Counted from the first letter of the whole stretch, positions 22,644 through 36,800 are shown. The stretch is DNA of 63,331 nucleotides, filler included, from Nemertoderma westbladi (GCA_032718475.1; 3 parts of 3 records of this genome joined end to end with filler, not necessarily neighbours in it); one strand, 5' to 3'. The notes: a model not told the origin generated them from the sequence alone. Numbers and translations: made by a program.

Positions 22644-23487
22644 AATTAATATTGATGTAATGTGTTATTGTTTATTTCTTCATTGAATTTGTTTATTTGT
22701 GTTGGTCTTGAATTATTTATGTTGCACTTGAGTATATTAATGTCGTGTCATACCGGTACCCCATCAAACTCCATAAAACTTTCTCCTGTTATATTTCACT
22801 TTGCAGTTTACCCCCGCCATGTGTACAGTGGGGCTGAATCGAAAACAATAAAATAATTAGTATATGTTATAAGGTAGAAAGAAATACTGTACATCCATAG
22901 CCACAGTGTTTCGTTAAATTTTACTGAATTGCTTTACAGCAGAAATAATACGTTCCAATATACTGCCGTCAGAAGGTAGAACACCCTATCGCAAAAAATC
23001 ATGTGAATCAGCAAATCGTGAGATTTTGACCCGTATATGTTCAAGAAGAGGAAAGATTGGAAAATTTGTTGATATCAAAATATTAAATTTTCATTCGCAT
23101 GGCATTAAGCACGGAAATAAGATATATCGGTAGGGTGTTTTGCATATCACAATAATTAAAATTTTCGCATAGGGTGTTTTTACGGTGAACGAATTGCAAT
23201 TGTTAGGGTGTTTTGCATATCACAGATGTTACATAGGGTGATTTTATTATCCTGTAATTACTTTGGATTTCCGGCTGGGGTGGAATGGGTGTTTATTTGT
23301 TGCGAATTTATAAGTGATTTTTTAATATAAAAATTAAAGAGATAAATAGTAAATAGTTTTTATTCCAAAATTATAACATTATTCAACGCCGTTAGTATTA
23401 ACAGCGAGTTGTTATTTAGCACTACACAACTTTAGAGGACATTACAGCATTGTATTGGCCTGTACATTTAGTATTGTATTTGGTGTT

Positions 23488-23578
23488 ATTGTTTACGTGG
23501 TAACTAATGTCGGCGTTAAGTAATGTCCACTAAGAGGACATTACTTAACGCCATCATTGATTACCACGTAAACAATAG
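23488..23578. repeat. Imperfect palindrome
   Basis: TATTGTTTACGTGGTAA...GGCGTTAAGTAATGTCC / GGACATTACTTAACGCC...TTACCACGTAAACAATA. Confidence 0.75.
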
Positions 23579-23837
23579 GAGGAAATTTGCCTGACAGCCA
23601 GATAGGCCTACTGCATTACCTACCGGTAGGCAGGGTATAGCTATTAATAACCAGTAGGGCCTAGCTACAGTGTATTATTATAACATGACTCCAAACGCCA
23701 CCATAAATATAAGCTAACTTATTTATAACACAATTTATGTAATTTTTACATTTATTTATACAGCAACTAATATAATTTGTACAGTTTCTATCACTTATAA
23801 TGTATATGTACATAATTTCGTAATGTTTGGAATAAAA

Positions 23838-23985
23838 CTACATACATACTTGTTGCAAAGTACTTTACAGTGTTCTGATCCTCGTGGCTTTATTTTCACT
23901 CACTCACTAACGTTCGTTCGTGTAACAAAGCCACTCGGATCATCACACTGTAAAGTGCTACTTTACACACAAGTATGTAAATAGT
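23838..23985. mobile_element. Imperfect palindromic MITE-like element
   Basis: TACATACTTG...CTTTACAGTG..TGATCC..GTGGCTTT / AAAGCCAC..GGATCA..CACTGTAAAG...CAAGTATGTA. Confidence 0.6.
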
Positions 23986-24368
23986 TATTTTAACAAAGCT
24001 CATTAGAAGCTGCTACGTTCATTACAATGTAAACTCCAGTAGGTATCTTGAATTTCCTGACGATGTTTACTATTATATTCTATTTACAGCCCAGCTTGCA
24101 CTTATTTGTGCAACCAGCATCGCGCAATGCGTGTTTATGAGAGTCCCTAATGAATGTAGAGTATGTATATGTAAATATGTATATCGGTATATGCAGTATG
24201 TAAATGTAGTATCATGAGAGCGATATCTGCTTTGGGCTGGTATGGCATTACCATGTAAAATCCTCTGTTTCGTGGATATGCTAACTGTTGGAAGATATAA
24301 TTCTCTTCAACCATAGATCATAACCATTATCCAAGAGTTCGTTCAATTCCGGAAACAAATCATTTATA

Positions 24369-25398
24369 ACTCCATCACCTCCGGCATCCCCTGTCCACCC
24401 ACTCCATCTACCTCCGACATCCTCCGTCCACTCACTCCATCACCTCCGGCATCCCCTGTCCACCCACTCAATCTACCCCCGGCATCCCCTGTCCACCCAC
24501 TCCATCACCTCCGGCATCCCCTGTCCACCCACTCAATCTACCCCCGGCATCCCCTGTCCACCCACTCCATCACCTCCGGCATCCCCTGTCCACCCACTCC
24601 ATCTACCTCCGGCATTCCCTGTCCGCTTACACCATCTACCTCCGACACCCCCTGTCCACCCACTTCATCTATCTCCGACACCCCCTGGCCATCCACTCCA
24701 TCTACCTCCGACACCCCCTGACCATCCACTCCATCTACCTCCGACACCCCCTGGCCATCCACTCCATCACCTCCGGCATCCCCTGTCCACCCACTCAATC
24801 TACCCCCGGCATCCCCTGTCCACCCACTCCATCACCTCCGGCATCCCCTGTCCACCCACTCAATCTACCCCCGGCATCCCCTGTCCACCCACTCCATCAC
24901 CTCCGGCATCCCCTGTCCACCCACTCCATCTACCTCCGGCATTCCCTGTCCGCTTACACCATCTACCTCCGACACCCCCTGTCCACCCACTTCATCTATC
25001 TCCGACACCCCCTGGCCATCCACTCCATCTACCTCCGACACCCCCTGACCATCCACTCCATCTACCTCCGACACCCCCTGGCCATCCACTCCATCACCTC
25101 CGACATCCCCTGTCTGCTTACACCATCTTCCTCTGACAACCCCTGTCCACCCACTCCACCAACATCCGATATCCCCTGTCCATCCACTCCATTTACCTCC
25201 GACATCCCCTGTCCACCCACTCCATCTACCTCCGACACCCCCTGGCCATCTACTCCATCACCTCCGACATCCCCTGTCCGCTTACACCATCTTCCTCTGA
25301 CATCCCCTGTCCACCCACTCCACCTACATCCGATATCCCCTGTCCGCTTCCTTACACCAGCTACCTCCGACATCCCCTGTCCGCTTACACCATCTACC
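24369..25398. repeat. C-rich minisatellite, 29-30-bp unit, with a ~327-bp internal duplication
   Basis: CCATC(T)ACCTCCG(G/A)CATCCCCTGTCCACCCACT repeated. The shadow ORFs ending at 24538 and 24865 have identical tails. Confidence 0.95.
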
Positions 25399-26251
25399 AC
25401 CGATACCAGTAGTAGGAGAAGCAGTGTCCCCCTCATAGTCCTCCCTAGCTTGGGCTATGGGCATTCCATTCGGAGGCAATTAAAAAATGCCAAATTCCGG
25501 TGCTAAATTGCGATGCGCGCCATATGTCACCATCGGCAGTTGCCATCAACCAATCGTAGCGTAGCCTAACCTCGCGATGCCCGCCTTACTCGACTACTGA
25601 CTAACTACTAACCCTAATGTTATTCACCTTTTTGCCACGTTACCACCACCACCACCACTGTATACTGTATATGGTGACGACGTGGCCATCTACACGCATC
25701 ACGCATATACCCTCCCTCGATATTATATATTATATTATATCGATTGCCAACTCAACGACTGCTGTCGCCAAACCAACAAACCAACCAACCAGCCAGTCTG
25801 ATACATGAAATTCCGCCACGCGTCAACTACGCGTATACGAGCATTTCCATAGTAGTTACTCAAGCTAACCGATCCCTCAGCATCTGTGCCATATTGAAAG
25901 GCTACTACTAACATTATACTGTGCGTTTTTATTATAATTATTGATTATTATTACGCACAACCCAATGATTCATATTCTTTCACATATTTCCCATCCACGC
26001 AACCATTCATCCACATTGCAACCCATCTCTTTTCTTATTTTTCTTACCATTATAAATGCCGGGCATTTATAATGGTCTGGGCGGATCCCCCCCCCCCCCC
26101 CCCCCTCCCCCTCGGGGTAGATAGGGTCAATGTCAATTTAGGGAAAGTCGCAGCCGCAGGTTACAGGGGTACGTTATTCTATCCAAAACAATAAACGAAA
26201 CTCACAACATCAATCCCCCCCCCCCATCTTCAAGACATCTTCTTCAAACAT

Positions 26252-29200
26252 GTCTGATAGAGTTGTAAGGAGGAGGTGTGAGAGTGGTCTGTAAGTGAGC
26301 GAAGTGCTATAGAGCACAGAAAGTCTGATAGAGTTGTAAGGAGGAGGTGTGAGAGTGGTCTGTAAGTGAGCGAAGTGCTATAGAGCACAGAAAGTCTGAT
26401 AGAGTTGTAAGGAGGAGGTGTGAGAGTGGTCTGTAAGTGAGAGAAGTGCTATAGAGCACAGAAAGTCTGATAGAGTTGTAAGGAGGAGGTGTGAGAGTGG
26501 TCTGTAAGTGAGAGAAGTGCTATAGAGTACAGAAAGTCTGATAGAGTTGTAAGGAGGAGGTGTGAGAGTGGTCTGTAAGTGAGAGAAGTGCTATAGAGCA
26601 CAGAAAGTCTGATAGAGTTGAAAGGAGGAGGTGTGAGAGTGGTCTGTAAGTGAGAGAAGTGCTATAGAGTACAGAAAGTCTGATAGAGTTGTAAGGAGGA
26701 GGTGTGAGAGTGGTCTGTAAGTGAGAGAAGTGCTATAGAGCACAGAAAGTCTGATAGAGTTGAAAGGAGGAGGTGTGAGAGTGGTCTGTAAGTGAGAGAA
26801 GTGCTATAGAGTACAGAAAGTCTGATAGAGTTGTAAGGAGGAGGTGTGAGAGTGGTCTGTAAGTGAGCGAAGTGCTATAGAGCACAGAAAGTCTGATAGA
26901 GTTGTAAGGAGGAGGTGTGAGAGTGGTCTGTAAGTGAGAGAAGTGCTATAGAGCACAGAAAGTCTGATAGAGTTGAAAGGAGGAGGTGTGAGAGTGGTCT
27001 GTAAGTGAGAGAAGTGCTATAGAGCACAGAAAGTCTGATAGAGTTGTAAGGAGGAGGTGTGAGAGTGGTCTGTAAGTGAGCGAAGTGCTATAGAGCACAG
27101 AAAGTCTGATAGAGTTGTAAGGAGGAGGTGTGAGAGTGGTCTGTAAGTGAGAGAAGTGCTATAGAGCACAGAAAGTCTGATAGAGTTGTAAGGAGGAGGT
27201 GTGAGAGTGGTCTGTAAGTGAGAGAAGTGCTATAGAGCACAGAAAGTCTGATAGAGTTGTAAGGAGGAGGTGTGAGAGTGGTCTGTAAGTGAGAGAAGTG
27301 CTATAGAGCACAGAAAGTCTGATAGAGTTGTAAGGAGGAGGTGTGAGAGTGGTCTGTAAGTGAGAGAAGTGCTATAGAGTACAGAAAGTCTGATAGAGTT
27401 GTAAGGAGGAGGTGTGAGAGTGGTCTGTAAGTGAGCGAAGTGCTATAGAGCACAGAAAGTCTGATAGAGTTGTAAGGAGGAGGTGTGAGAGTGGTCTGTA
27501 AGTGAGAGAAGTGCTATAGAGCACAGAAAGTCTGATAGAGTTGTAAGGAGGAGGTGTGAGAGTGGTCTGTAAGTGAGAGAAGTGCTATAGAGCACAGAAA
27601 GTCTGATAGAGTTGTAAGGAGGAGGTGTGAGAGTGGTCTGTAAGTGAGCGAAGTGCTATAGAGCACAGAAAGTCTGATAGAGTTGTAAGGAGGAGGTGTG
27701 AGAGTGGTCTGTAAGTGAGAGAAGTGCTATAGAGCACAGAAAGTCTGATAGAGTTGTAAGGAGGAGGTGTGAGAGTGGTCTGTAAGTGAGCGAAGTGCTA
27801 TAGAGTACAGAAAGTCTGATAGAGTTGTAAGGAGGAGGTGTGAGAGTGGTCTGTAAGTGAGCGAAGTGCTATAGAGCACAGAAAGTCTGATAGAGTTGTA
27901 AGGAGGAGGTGTGAGAGTGGTCTGTAAGTGAGAGAAGTGCTATAGAGCACAGAAAGTCTGATAGAGTTGTAAGGAGGAGGTGTGAGAGTGGTCTGTAAGT
28001 GAGAGAAGTGCTATAGAGTACAGAAAGTCTGATAGAGTTGTAAGGAGGAGGTGTGAGAGTGGTCTGTAAGTGAGAGAAGTGCTATAGAGCACAGAAAGTC
28101 TGATAGAGTTGTAAGGAGGAGGTGTGAGAGTGGTCTGTAAGTGAGAGAAGTGCTATAGAGTACAGAAAGTCTGATAGAGTTGTAAGGAGGAGGTGTGAGA
28201 GTGGTCTGTAAGTGAGCGAAGTGCTATAGAGCACAGAAAGTCTGATAGAGTTGTAAGGAGGAGGTGTGAGAGTGGTCTGTAAGTGAGAGAAGTGCTATAG
28301 AGTACAGAAAGTCTGATAGAGTTGTAAGGAGGAGGTGTGAGAGTGGTCTGTAAGTGAGAGAAGTGCTATAGAGCACAGAAAGTCTGATAGAGTTGTAAGG
28401 AGGAGGTGTGAGAGTGGTCTGTAAGTGAGAGAAGTGCTATAGAGTACAGAAAGTCTGATAGAGTTGTAAGGAGGAGGTGTGAGAGTGGTCTGTAAGTGAG
28501 AGAAGTGCTATAGAGTACAGAAAGTCTGATAGAGTTGTAAGGAGGAGGTGTGAGAGTGGTCTGTAAGTGAGCGAAGTGCTATAGAGTACAGAAAGTCTGA
28601 TAGAGTTGAAAGGAGGAGGTGTGAGAGTGGTCTGTAAGTGAGCGAAGTGCTATAGAGCACAGAAAGTCTGATAGAGTTGTAAGGAGGAGGTGTGAGAGTG
28701 GTCTGTAAGTGAGCGAAGTGCTATAGAGCACAGAAAGTCTGATAGAGTTGTAAGGAGGAGGTGTGAGAGTGGTCTGTAAGTGAGAGAAGTGCTATAGAGT
28801 ACAGAAAGTCTGATAGAGTTGTAAGGAGGAGGTGTGAGAGTGGTCTGTAAGTGAGCGAAGTGCTATAGAGTACAGAAAGTCTGATAGAGTTGTAAGGAGG
28901 AGGTGTGAGAGTGGTCTGTAAGTGAGCGAAGTGCTATAGAGCACAGAAAGTCTGATAGAGTTGTAAGGAGGAGGTGTGAGAGTGGTCTGTAAGTGAGAGA
29001 AGTGCTATAGAGCACAGAAAGTCTGATAGAGTTGTAAGGAGGAGGTGTGAGAGTGGTCTGTAAGTGAGAGAAGTGCTATAGAGCACAGAAAGTCTGATAG
29101 AGTTGTAAGGAGGAGGTGTGAGAGTGGTCTGTAAGTGAGAGAAGTGCTATAGAGCACAGAAAGTCTGATAGAGTTGTAAGGAGGAGGTGTGAGAGTGGTC

Positions 29201-32200
29201 TGTAAGTGAGCGAAGTGCTATAGAGCACAGAAAGTCTGATAGAGTTGTAAGGAGGAGGTGTGAGAGTGGTCTGTAAGTGAGAGAAGTGCTATAGAGCACA
29301 GAAAGTCTGATAGAGTTGTAAGGAGGAGGTGTGAGAGTGGTCTGTAAGTGAGAGAAGTGCTATAGAGCACAGAAAGTCTGATAGAGTTGTAAGGAGGAGG
29401 TGTGAGAGTGGTCTGTAAGTGAGCGAAGTGCTATAGAGCACAGAAAGTCTGATAGAGTTGTAAGGAGGAGGTGTGAGAGTGGTCTGTAAGTGAGAGAAGT
29501 GCTATAGAGCACAGAAAGTCTGATAGAGTTGTAAGGAGGAGGTGTGAGAGTGGTCTGTAAGTGAGAGAAGTGCTATAGAGCACAGAAAGTCTGATAGAGT
29601 TGTAAGGAGGAGGTGTGAGAGTGGTCTGTAAGTGAGAGAAGTGCTATAGAGCACAGAAAGTCTGATAGAGTTGTAAGGAGGAGGTGTGAGAGTGGTCTGT
29701 AAGTGAGCGAAGTGCTATAGAGCACAGAAAGTCTGATAGAGTTGTAAGGAGGAGGTGTGAGAGTGGTCTGTAAGTGAGAGAAGTGCTATAGAGCACAGAA
29801 AGTCTGATAGAGTTGTAAGGAGGAGGTGTGAGAGTGGTCTGTAAGTGAGAGAAGTGCTATAGAGCACAGAAAGTCTGATAGAGTTGTAAGGAGGAGGTGT
29901 GAGAGTGGTCTGTAAGTGAGAGAAGTGCTATAGAGTACAGAAAGTCTGATAGAGTTGTAAGGAGGAGGTGTGAGAGTGGTCTGTAAGTGAGAGAAGTGCT
30001 ATAGAGCACAGAAAGTCTGATAGAGTTGTAAGGAGGAGGTGTGAGAGTGGTCTGTAAGTGAGAGAAGTGCTATAGAGCACAGAAAGTCTGATAGAGTTGT
30101 AAGGAGGAGGTGTGAGAGTGGTCTGTAAGTGAGAGAAGTGCTATAGAGTACAGAAAGTCTGATAGAGTTGTAAGGAGGAGGTGTGAGAGTGGTCTGTAAG
30201 TGAGAGAAGTGCTATAGAGTACAGAAAGTCTGATAGAGTTGTAAGGAGGAGGTGTGAGAGTGGTCTGTAAGTGAGAGAAGTGCTATAGAGTACAGAAAGT
30301 CTGATAGAGTTGTAAGGAGGAGGTGTGAGAGTGGTCTGTAAGTGAGAGAAGTGCTATAGAGTACAGAAAGTCTGATAGAGTTGTAAGGAGGAGGTGTGAG
30401 AGTGGTCTGTAAGTGAGAGAAGTGCTATAGAGTACAGAAAGTCTGATAGAGTTGTAAGGAGGAGGTGTGAGAGTGGTCTGTAAGTGAGCGAAGTGCTATA
30501 GAGCACAGAAAGTCTGATAGAGTTGTAAGGAGGAGGTGTGAGAGTGGTCTGTAAGTGAGCGAAGTGCTATAGAGTACAGAAAGTCTGATAGAGTTGTAAG
30601 GAGGAGGTGTGAGAGTGGTCTGTAAGTGAGAGAAGTGCTATAGAGCACAGAAAGTCTGATAGAGTTGTAAGGAGGAGGTGTGAGAGTGGTCTGTAAGTGA
30701 GAGAAGTGCTATAGAGTACAGAAAGTCTGATAGAGTTGTAAGGAGGAGGTGTGAGAGTGGTCTGTAAGTGAGAGAAGTGCTATAGAGTACAGAAAGTCTG
30801 ATAGAGTTGTAAGGAGGAGGTGTGAGAGTGGTCTGTAAGTGAGCGAAGTGCTATAGAGCACAGAAAGTCTGATAGAGTTGTAAGGAGGAGGTGTGAGAGT
30901 GGTCTGTAAGTGAGAGAAGTGCTATAGAGTACAGAAAGTCTGATAGAGTTGTAAGGAGGAGGTGTGAGAGTGGTCTGTAAGTGAGAGAAGTGCTATAGAG
31001 TACAGAAAGTCTGATAGAGTTGTAAGGAGGAGGTGTGAGAGTGGTCTGTAAGTGAGCGAAGTGCTATAGAGCACAGAAAGTCTGATAGAGTTGTAAGGAG
31101 GAGGTGTGAGAGTGGTCTGTAAGTGAGAGAAGTGCTATAGAGCACAGAAAGTCTGATAGAGTTGTAAGGAGGAGGTGTGAGAGTGGTCTGTAAGTGAGAG
31201 AAGTGCTATAGAGTACAGAAAGTCTGATAGAGTTGTAAGGAGGAGGTGTGAGAGTGGTCTGTAAGTGAGAGAAGTGCTATAGAGTACAGAAAGTCTGATA
31301 GAGTTGTAAGGAGGAGGTGTGAGAGTGGTCTGTAAGTGAGAGAAGTGCTATAGAGTACAGAAAGTCTGATAGAGTTGTAAGGAGGAGGTGTGAGAGTGGT
31401 CTGTAAGTGAGAGAAGTGCTATAGAGTACAGAAAGTCTGATAGAGTTGTAAGGAGGAGGTGTGAGAGTGGTCTGTAAGTGAGAGAAGTGCTATAGAGTAC
31501 AGAAAGTCTGATAGAGTTGTAAGGAGGAGGTGTGAGAGTGGTCTGTAAGTGAGAGAAGTGCTATAGAGCACAGAAAGTCTGATAGAGTTGTAAGGAGGAG
31601 GTGTGAGAGTGGTCTGTAAGTGAGAGAAGTGCTATAGAGTACAGAAAGTCTGATAGAGTTGTAAGGAGGAGGTGTGAGAGTGGTCTGTAAGTGAGAGAAG
31701 TGCTATAGAGTACAGAAAGTCTGATAGAGTTGTAAGGAGGAGGTGTGAGAGTGGTCTGTAAGTGAGCGAAGTGCTATAGAGTACAGAAAGTCTGATAGAG
31801 TTGTAAGGAGGAGGTGTGAGAGTGGTCTGTAAGTGAGCGAAGTGCTATAGAGTACAGAAAGTCTGATAGAGTTGTAAGGAGGAGGTGTGAGAGTGGTCTG
31901 TAAGTGAGCGAAGTGCTATAGAGTACAGAAAGTCTGATAGAGTTGTAAGGAGGAGGTGTGAGAGTGGTCTGTAAGTGAGCGAAGTGCTATAGAGTACAGA
32001 AAGTCTGATAGAGTTGTAAGGAGGAGGTGTGAGAGTGGTCTGTAAGTGAGAGAAGTGCTATAGAGCACAGAAAGTCTGATAGAGTTGTAAGGAGGAGGTG
32101 TGAGAGTGGTCTGTAAGTGAGAGAAGTGCTATAGAGCACAGAAAGTCTGATAGAGTTGTAAGGAGGAGGTGTGAGAGTGGTCTGTAAGTGAGAGAAGTGC

Positions 32201-35200
32201 TATAGAGTACAGAAAGTCTGATAGAGTTGTAAGGAGGAGGTGTGAGAGTGGTCTGTAAGTGAGAGAAGTGCTATAGAGCACAGAAAGTCTGATAGAGTTG
32301 TAAGGAGGAGGTGTGAGAGTGGTCTGTAAGTGAGAGAAGTGCTATAGAGCACAGAAAGTCTGATAGAGTTGTAAGGAGGAGGTGTGAGAGTGGTCTGTAA
32401 GTGAGAGAAGTGCTATAGAGCACAGAAAGTCTGATAGAGTTGTAAGGAGGAGGTGTGAGAGTGGTCTGTAAGTGAGAGAAGTGCTATAGAGTACAGAAAG
32501 TCTGATAGAGTTGTAAGGAGGAGGTGTGAGAGTGGTCTGTAAGTGAGAGAAGTGCTATAGAGCACAGAAAGTCTGATAGAGTTGTAAGGAGGAGGTGTGA
32601 GAGTGGTCTGTAAGTGAGAGAAGTGCTATAGAGCACAGAAAGTCTGATAGAGTTGTAAGGAGGAGGTGTGAGAGTGGTCTGTAAGTGAGAGAAGTGCTAT
32701 AGAGTACAGAAAGTCTGATAGAGTTGTAAGGAGGAGGTGTGAGAGTGGTCTGTAAGTGAGAGAAGTGCTATAGAGTACAGAAAGTCTGATAGAGTTGTAA
32801 GGAGGAGGTGTGAGAGTGGTCTGTAAGTGAGAGAAGTGCTATAGAGTACAGAAAGTCTGATAGAGTTGTAAGGAGGAGGTGTGAGAGTGGTCTGTAAGTG
32901 AGAGAAGTGCTATAGAGTACAGAAAGTCTGATAGAGTTGTAAGGAGGAGGTGTGAGAGTGGTCTGTAAGTGAGAGAAGTGCTATAGAGTACAGAAAGTCT
33001 GATAGAGTTGTAAGGAGGAGGTGTGAGAGTGGTCTGTAAGTGAGCGAAGTGCTATAGAGCACAGAAAGTCTGATAGAGTTGTAAGGAGGAGGTGTGAGAG
33101 TGGTCTGTAAGTGAGAGAAGTGCTATAGAGCACAGAAAGTCTGATAGAGTTGTAAGGAGGAGGTGTGAGAGTGGTCTGTAAGTGAGAGAAGTGCTATAGA
33201 GTACAGAAAGTCTGATAGAGTTGTAAGGAGGAGGTGTGAGAGTGGTCTGTAAGTGAGAGAAGTGCTATAGAGTACAGAAAGTCTGATAGAGTTGTAAGGA
33301 GGAGGTGTGAGAGTGGTCTGTAAGTGAGAGAAGTGCTATAGAGTACAGAAAGTCTGATAGAGTTGTAAGGAGGAGGTGTGAGAGTGGTCTGTAAGTGAGC
33401 GAAGTGCTATAGAGCACAGAAAGTCTGATAGAGTTGTAAGGAGGAGGTGTGAGAGTGGTCTGTAAGTGAGAGAAGTGCTATAGAGTACAGAAAGTCTGAT
33501 AGAGTTGTAAGGAGGAGGTGTGAGAGTGGTCTGTAAGTGAGCGAAGTGCTATAGAGCACAGAAAGTCTGATAGAGTTGTAAGGAGGAGGTGTGAGAGTGG
33601 TCTGTAAGTGAGCGAAGTGCTATAGAGCACAGAAAGTCTGATAGAGTTGTAAGGAGGAGGTGTGAGAGTGGTCTGTAAGTGAGAGAAGTGCTATAGAGCA
33701 CAGAAAGTCTGATAGAGTTGTAAGGAGGAGGTGTGAGAGTGGTCTGTAAGTGAGAGAAGTGCTATAGAGCACAGAAAGTCTGATAGAGTTGTAAGGAGGA
33801 GGTGTGAGAGTGGTCTGTAAGTGAGAGAAGTGCTATAGAGTACAGAAAGTCTGATAGAGTTGTAAGGAGGAGGTGTGAGAGTGGTCTGTAAGTGAGAGAA
33901 GTGCTATAGAGCACAGAAAGTCTGATAGAGTTGTAAGGAGGAGGTGTGAGAGTGGTCTGTAAGTGAGCGAAGTGCTATAGAGCACAGAAAGTCTGATAGA
34001 GTTGTAAGGAGGAGGTGTGAGAGTGGTCTGTAAGTGAGCGAAGTGCTATAGAGCACAGAAAGTCTGATAGAGTTGTAAGGAGGAGGTGTGAGAGTGGTCT
34101 GTAAGTGAGAGAAGTGCTATAGAGCACAGAAAGTCTGATAGAGTTGTAAGGAGGAGGTGTGAGAGTGGTCTGTAAGTGAGAGAAGTGCTATAGAGCACAG
34201 AAAGTCTGATAGAGTTGTAAGGAGGAGGTGTGAGAGTGGTCTGTAAGTGAGAGAAGTGCTATAGAGTACAGAAAGTCTGATAGAGTTGTAAGGAGGAGGT
34301 GTGAGAGTGGTCTGTAAGTGAGAGAAGTGCTATAGAGCACAGAAAGTCTGATAGAGTTGTAAGGAGGAGGTGTGAGAGTGGTCTGTAAGTGAGCGAAGTG
34401 CTATAGAGCACAGAAAGTCTGATAGAGTTGTAAGGAGGAGGTGTGAGAGTGGTCTGTAAGTGAGAGAAGTGCTATAGAGCACAGAAAGTCTGATAGAGTT
34501 GTAAGGAGGAGGTGTGAGAGTGGTCTGTAAGTGAGAGAAGTGCTATAGAGCACAGAAAGTCTGATAGAGTTGTAAGGAGGAGGTGTGAGAGTGGTCTGTA
34601 AGTGAGAGAAGTGCTATAGAGCACAGAAAGTCTGATAGAGTTGTAAGGAGGAGGTGTGAGAGTGGTCTGTAAGTGAGCGAAGTGCTATAGAGCACAGAAA
34701 GTCTGATAGAGTTGTAAGGAGGAGGTGTGAGAGTGGTCTGTAAGTGAGCGAAGTGCTATAGAGTACAGAAAGTCTGATAGAGTTGTAAGGAGGAGGTGTG
34801 AGAGTGGTCTGTAAGTGAGAGAAGTGCTATAGAGTACATAAAGTCTGATAGAGTTGTAAGGAGGAGGTGTGAGAGTGGTCTGTAAGTGAGCGAAGTGCTA
34901 TAGAGCACAGAAAGTCTGATAGAGTTGAAAGGAGGAGGTGTGAGAGTGGTCTGTAAGTGAGAGAAGTGCTATAGAGTACATAAAGTCTGATAGAGTTGTA
35001 AGGAGGAGGTGTGAGAGTGGTCTGTAAGTGAGCGAAGTGCTATAGAGCACAGAAAGTCTGATAGAGTTGAAAGGAGGAGGTGTGAGAGTGGTCTGTAAGT
35101 GAGAGAAGTGCTATAGAGCACAGAAAGTCTGATAGAGTTGTAAGGAGGAGGTGTGAGAGTGGTCTGTAAGTGAGAGAAGTGCTATAGAGCACAGAAAGTC

Positions 35201-36625
35201 TGATAGAGTTGTAAGGAGGAGGTGTGAGAGTGGTCTGTAAGTGAGAGAAGTGCTATAGAGTACAGAAAGTCTGATAGAGTTGTAAGGAGGAGGTGTGAGA
35301 GTGGTCTGTAAGTGAGCGAAGTGCTATAGAGCACAGAAAGTCTGATAGAGTTGTAAGGAGGAGGTGTGAGAGTGGTCTGTAAGTGAGAGAAGTGCTATAG
35401 AGTACAGAAAGTCTGATAGAGTTGTAAGGAGGAGGTGTGAGAGTGGTCTGTAAGTGAGAGAAGTGCTATAGAGCACAGAAAGTCTGATAGAGTTGTAAGG
35501 AGGAGGTGTGAGAGTGGTCTGTAAGTGAGAGAAGTGCTATAGAGTACAGAAAGTCTGATAGAGTTGTAAGGAGGAGGTGTGAGAGTGGTCTGTAAGTGAG
35601 AGAAGTGCTATAGAGTACAGAAAGTCTGATAGAGTTGAAAGGAGGAGGTGTGAGAGTGGTCTGTAAGTGAGCGAAGTGCTATAGAGTACAGAAAGTCTGA
35701 TAGAGTTGAAAGGAGGAGGTGTGAGAGTGGTCTGTAAGTGAGCGAAGTGCTATAGAGTACAGAAAGTCTGATAGAGTTGTAAGGAGGAGGTGTGAGAGTG
35801 GTCTGTAAGTGAGCGAAGTGCTATAGAGCACAGAAAGTCTGATAGAGTTGTAAGGAGGAGGTGTGAGAGTGGTCTGTAAGTGAGAGAAGTGCTATAGAGT
35901 ACAGAAAGTCTGATAGAGTTGTAAGGAGGAGGTGTGAGAGTGGTCTGTAAGTGAGAGAAGTGCTATAGAGCACAGAAAGTCTGATAGAGTTGTAAGGAGG
36001 AGGTGTGAGAGTGGTCTGTAAGTGAGAGAAGTGCTATAGAGTACATAAAGTCTGATAGAGTTGTAAGGAGGAGGTGTGAGAGTGGTCTGTAAGTGAGAGA
36101 AGTGCTATAGAGCACAGAAAGTCTGATAGAGTTGTAAGGAGGAGGTGTGAGAGTGGTCTGTAAGTGAGAGAAGTGCTATAGAGCACAGAAAGTCTGATAG
36201 AGTTGTAAGGAGGAGGTGTGAGAGTGGTCTGTAAGTGAGAGAAGTGCTATAGAGTACAGAAAGTCTGATAGAGTTGTAAGGAGGAGGTGTGAGAGTGGTC
36301 TGTAAGTGAGAGAAGTGCTATAGAGTACATAAAGTCTGATAGAGTTGTAAGGAGGAGGTGTGAGAGTGGTCTGTAAGTGAGCGAAGTGCTATAGAGCACA
36401 GAAAGTCTGATAGAGTTGTAAGGAGGAGGTGTGAGAGTGGTCTGTAAGTGAGAGAAGTGCTATAGAGCACAGAAAGTCTGATAGAGTTGTAAGGAGGAGG
36501 TGTGAGAGTGGTCTGTAAGTGAGCGAAGTGCTATAGAGCACAGAAAGTCTGATAGAGTTGTAAGGAGGAGGTGTGAGAGTGGTCTGTAAGTGAGAGAAGT
36601 GCTATAGAGTACAGAAAGTCTGATA
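26252..36625. repeat. 71-bp satellite, ~146 highly homogeneous copies
   Basis: Unit TCTGATAGAGTTG(T/A)AAGGAGGAGGTGTGAGAGTGGTCTGTAAGTGAG(A/C)GAAGTGCTATAGAG(C/T)ACA(G/T)AAAG. Period 71 (e.g. 26821 to 26892). Confidence 0.98.
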
Positions 36626-36643
36626 ACTGTGTTGTTGTGTATA

Positions 36644-36800
36644 ACAACTCTATCAGACTTTCTGTACTCTATAGCACTTCTCTCACTTACAGACCACTCT
36701 CACACCTCCTCCTTACAACTCTATCAGACTTTCTGTACTCTATAGCACTTCGCTCACTTACAGACCACTCTCACACCTCCTCCTTATAACTCTATCAGAC
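36644..36800 (-). repeat. ~2.2 inverted copies of the 71-bp satellite unit
   Basis: Reverse complement of the unit, after an 18-bp spacer. Confidence 0.95.

Noticed and set aside
24538-25436. DGVDGQGVSEV-repeat ORFs with an apparent signal peptide
   Set aside because: Frames break where 29- and 30-bp minisatellite units alternate. The hydrophobic start is the antisense of AGTAGTAGGAGAAG.
26252-36625. CRISPR-like or ribozyme-array reading of the 71-bp repeat (CTGATAGA...GAAA)
   Set aside because: No unique spacers and a eukaryotic context. CTGATAGA is not the CUGANGA core, and I could not build hammerhead stems I-III.
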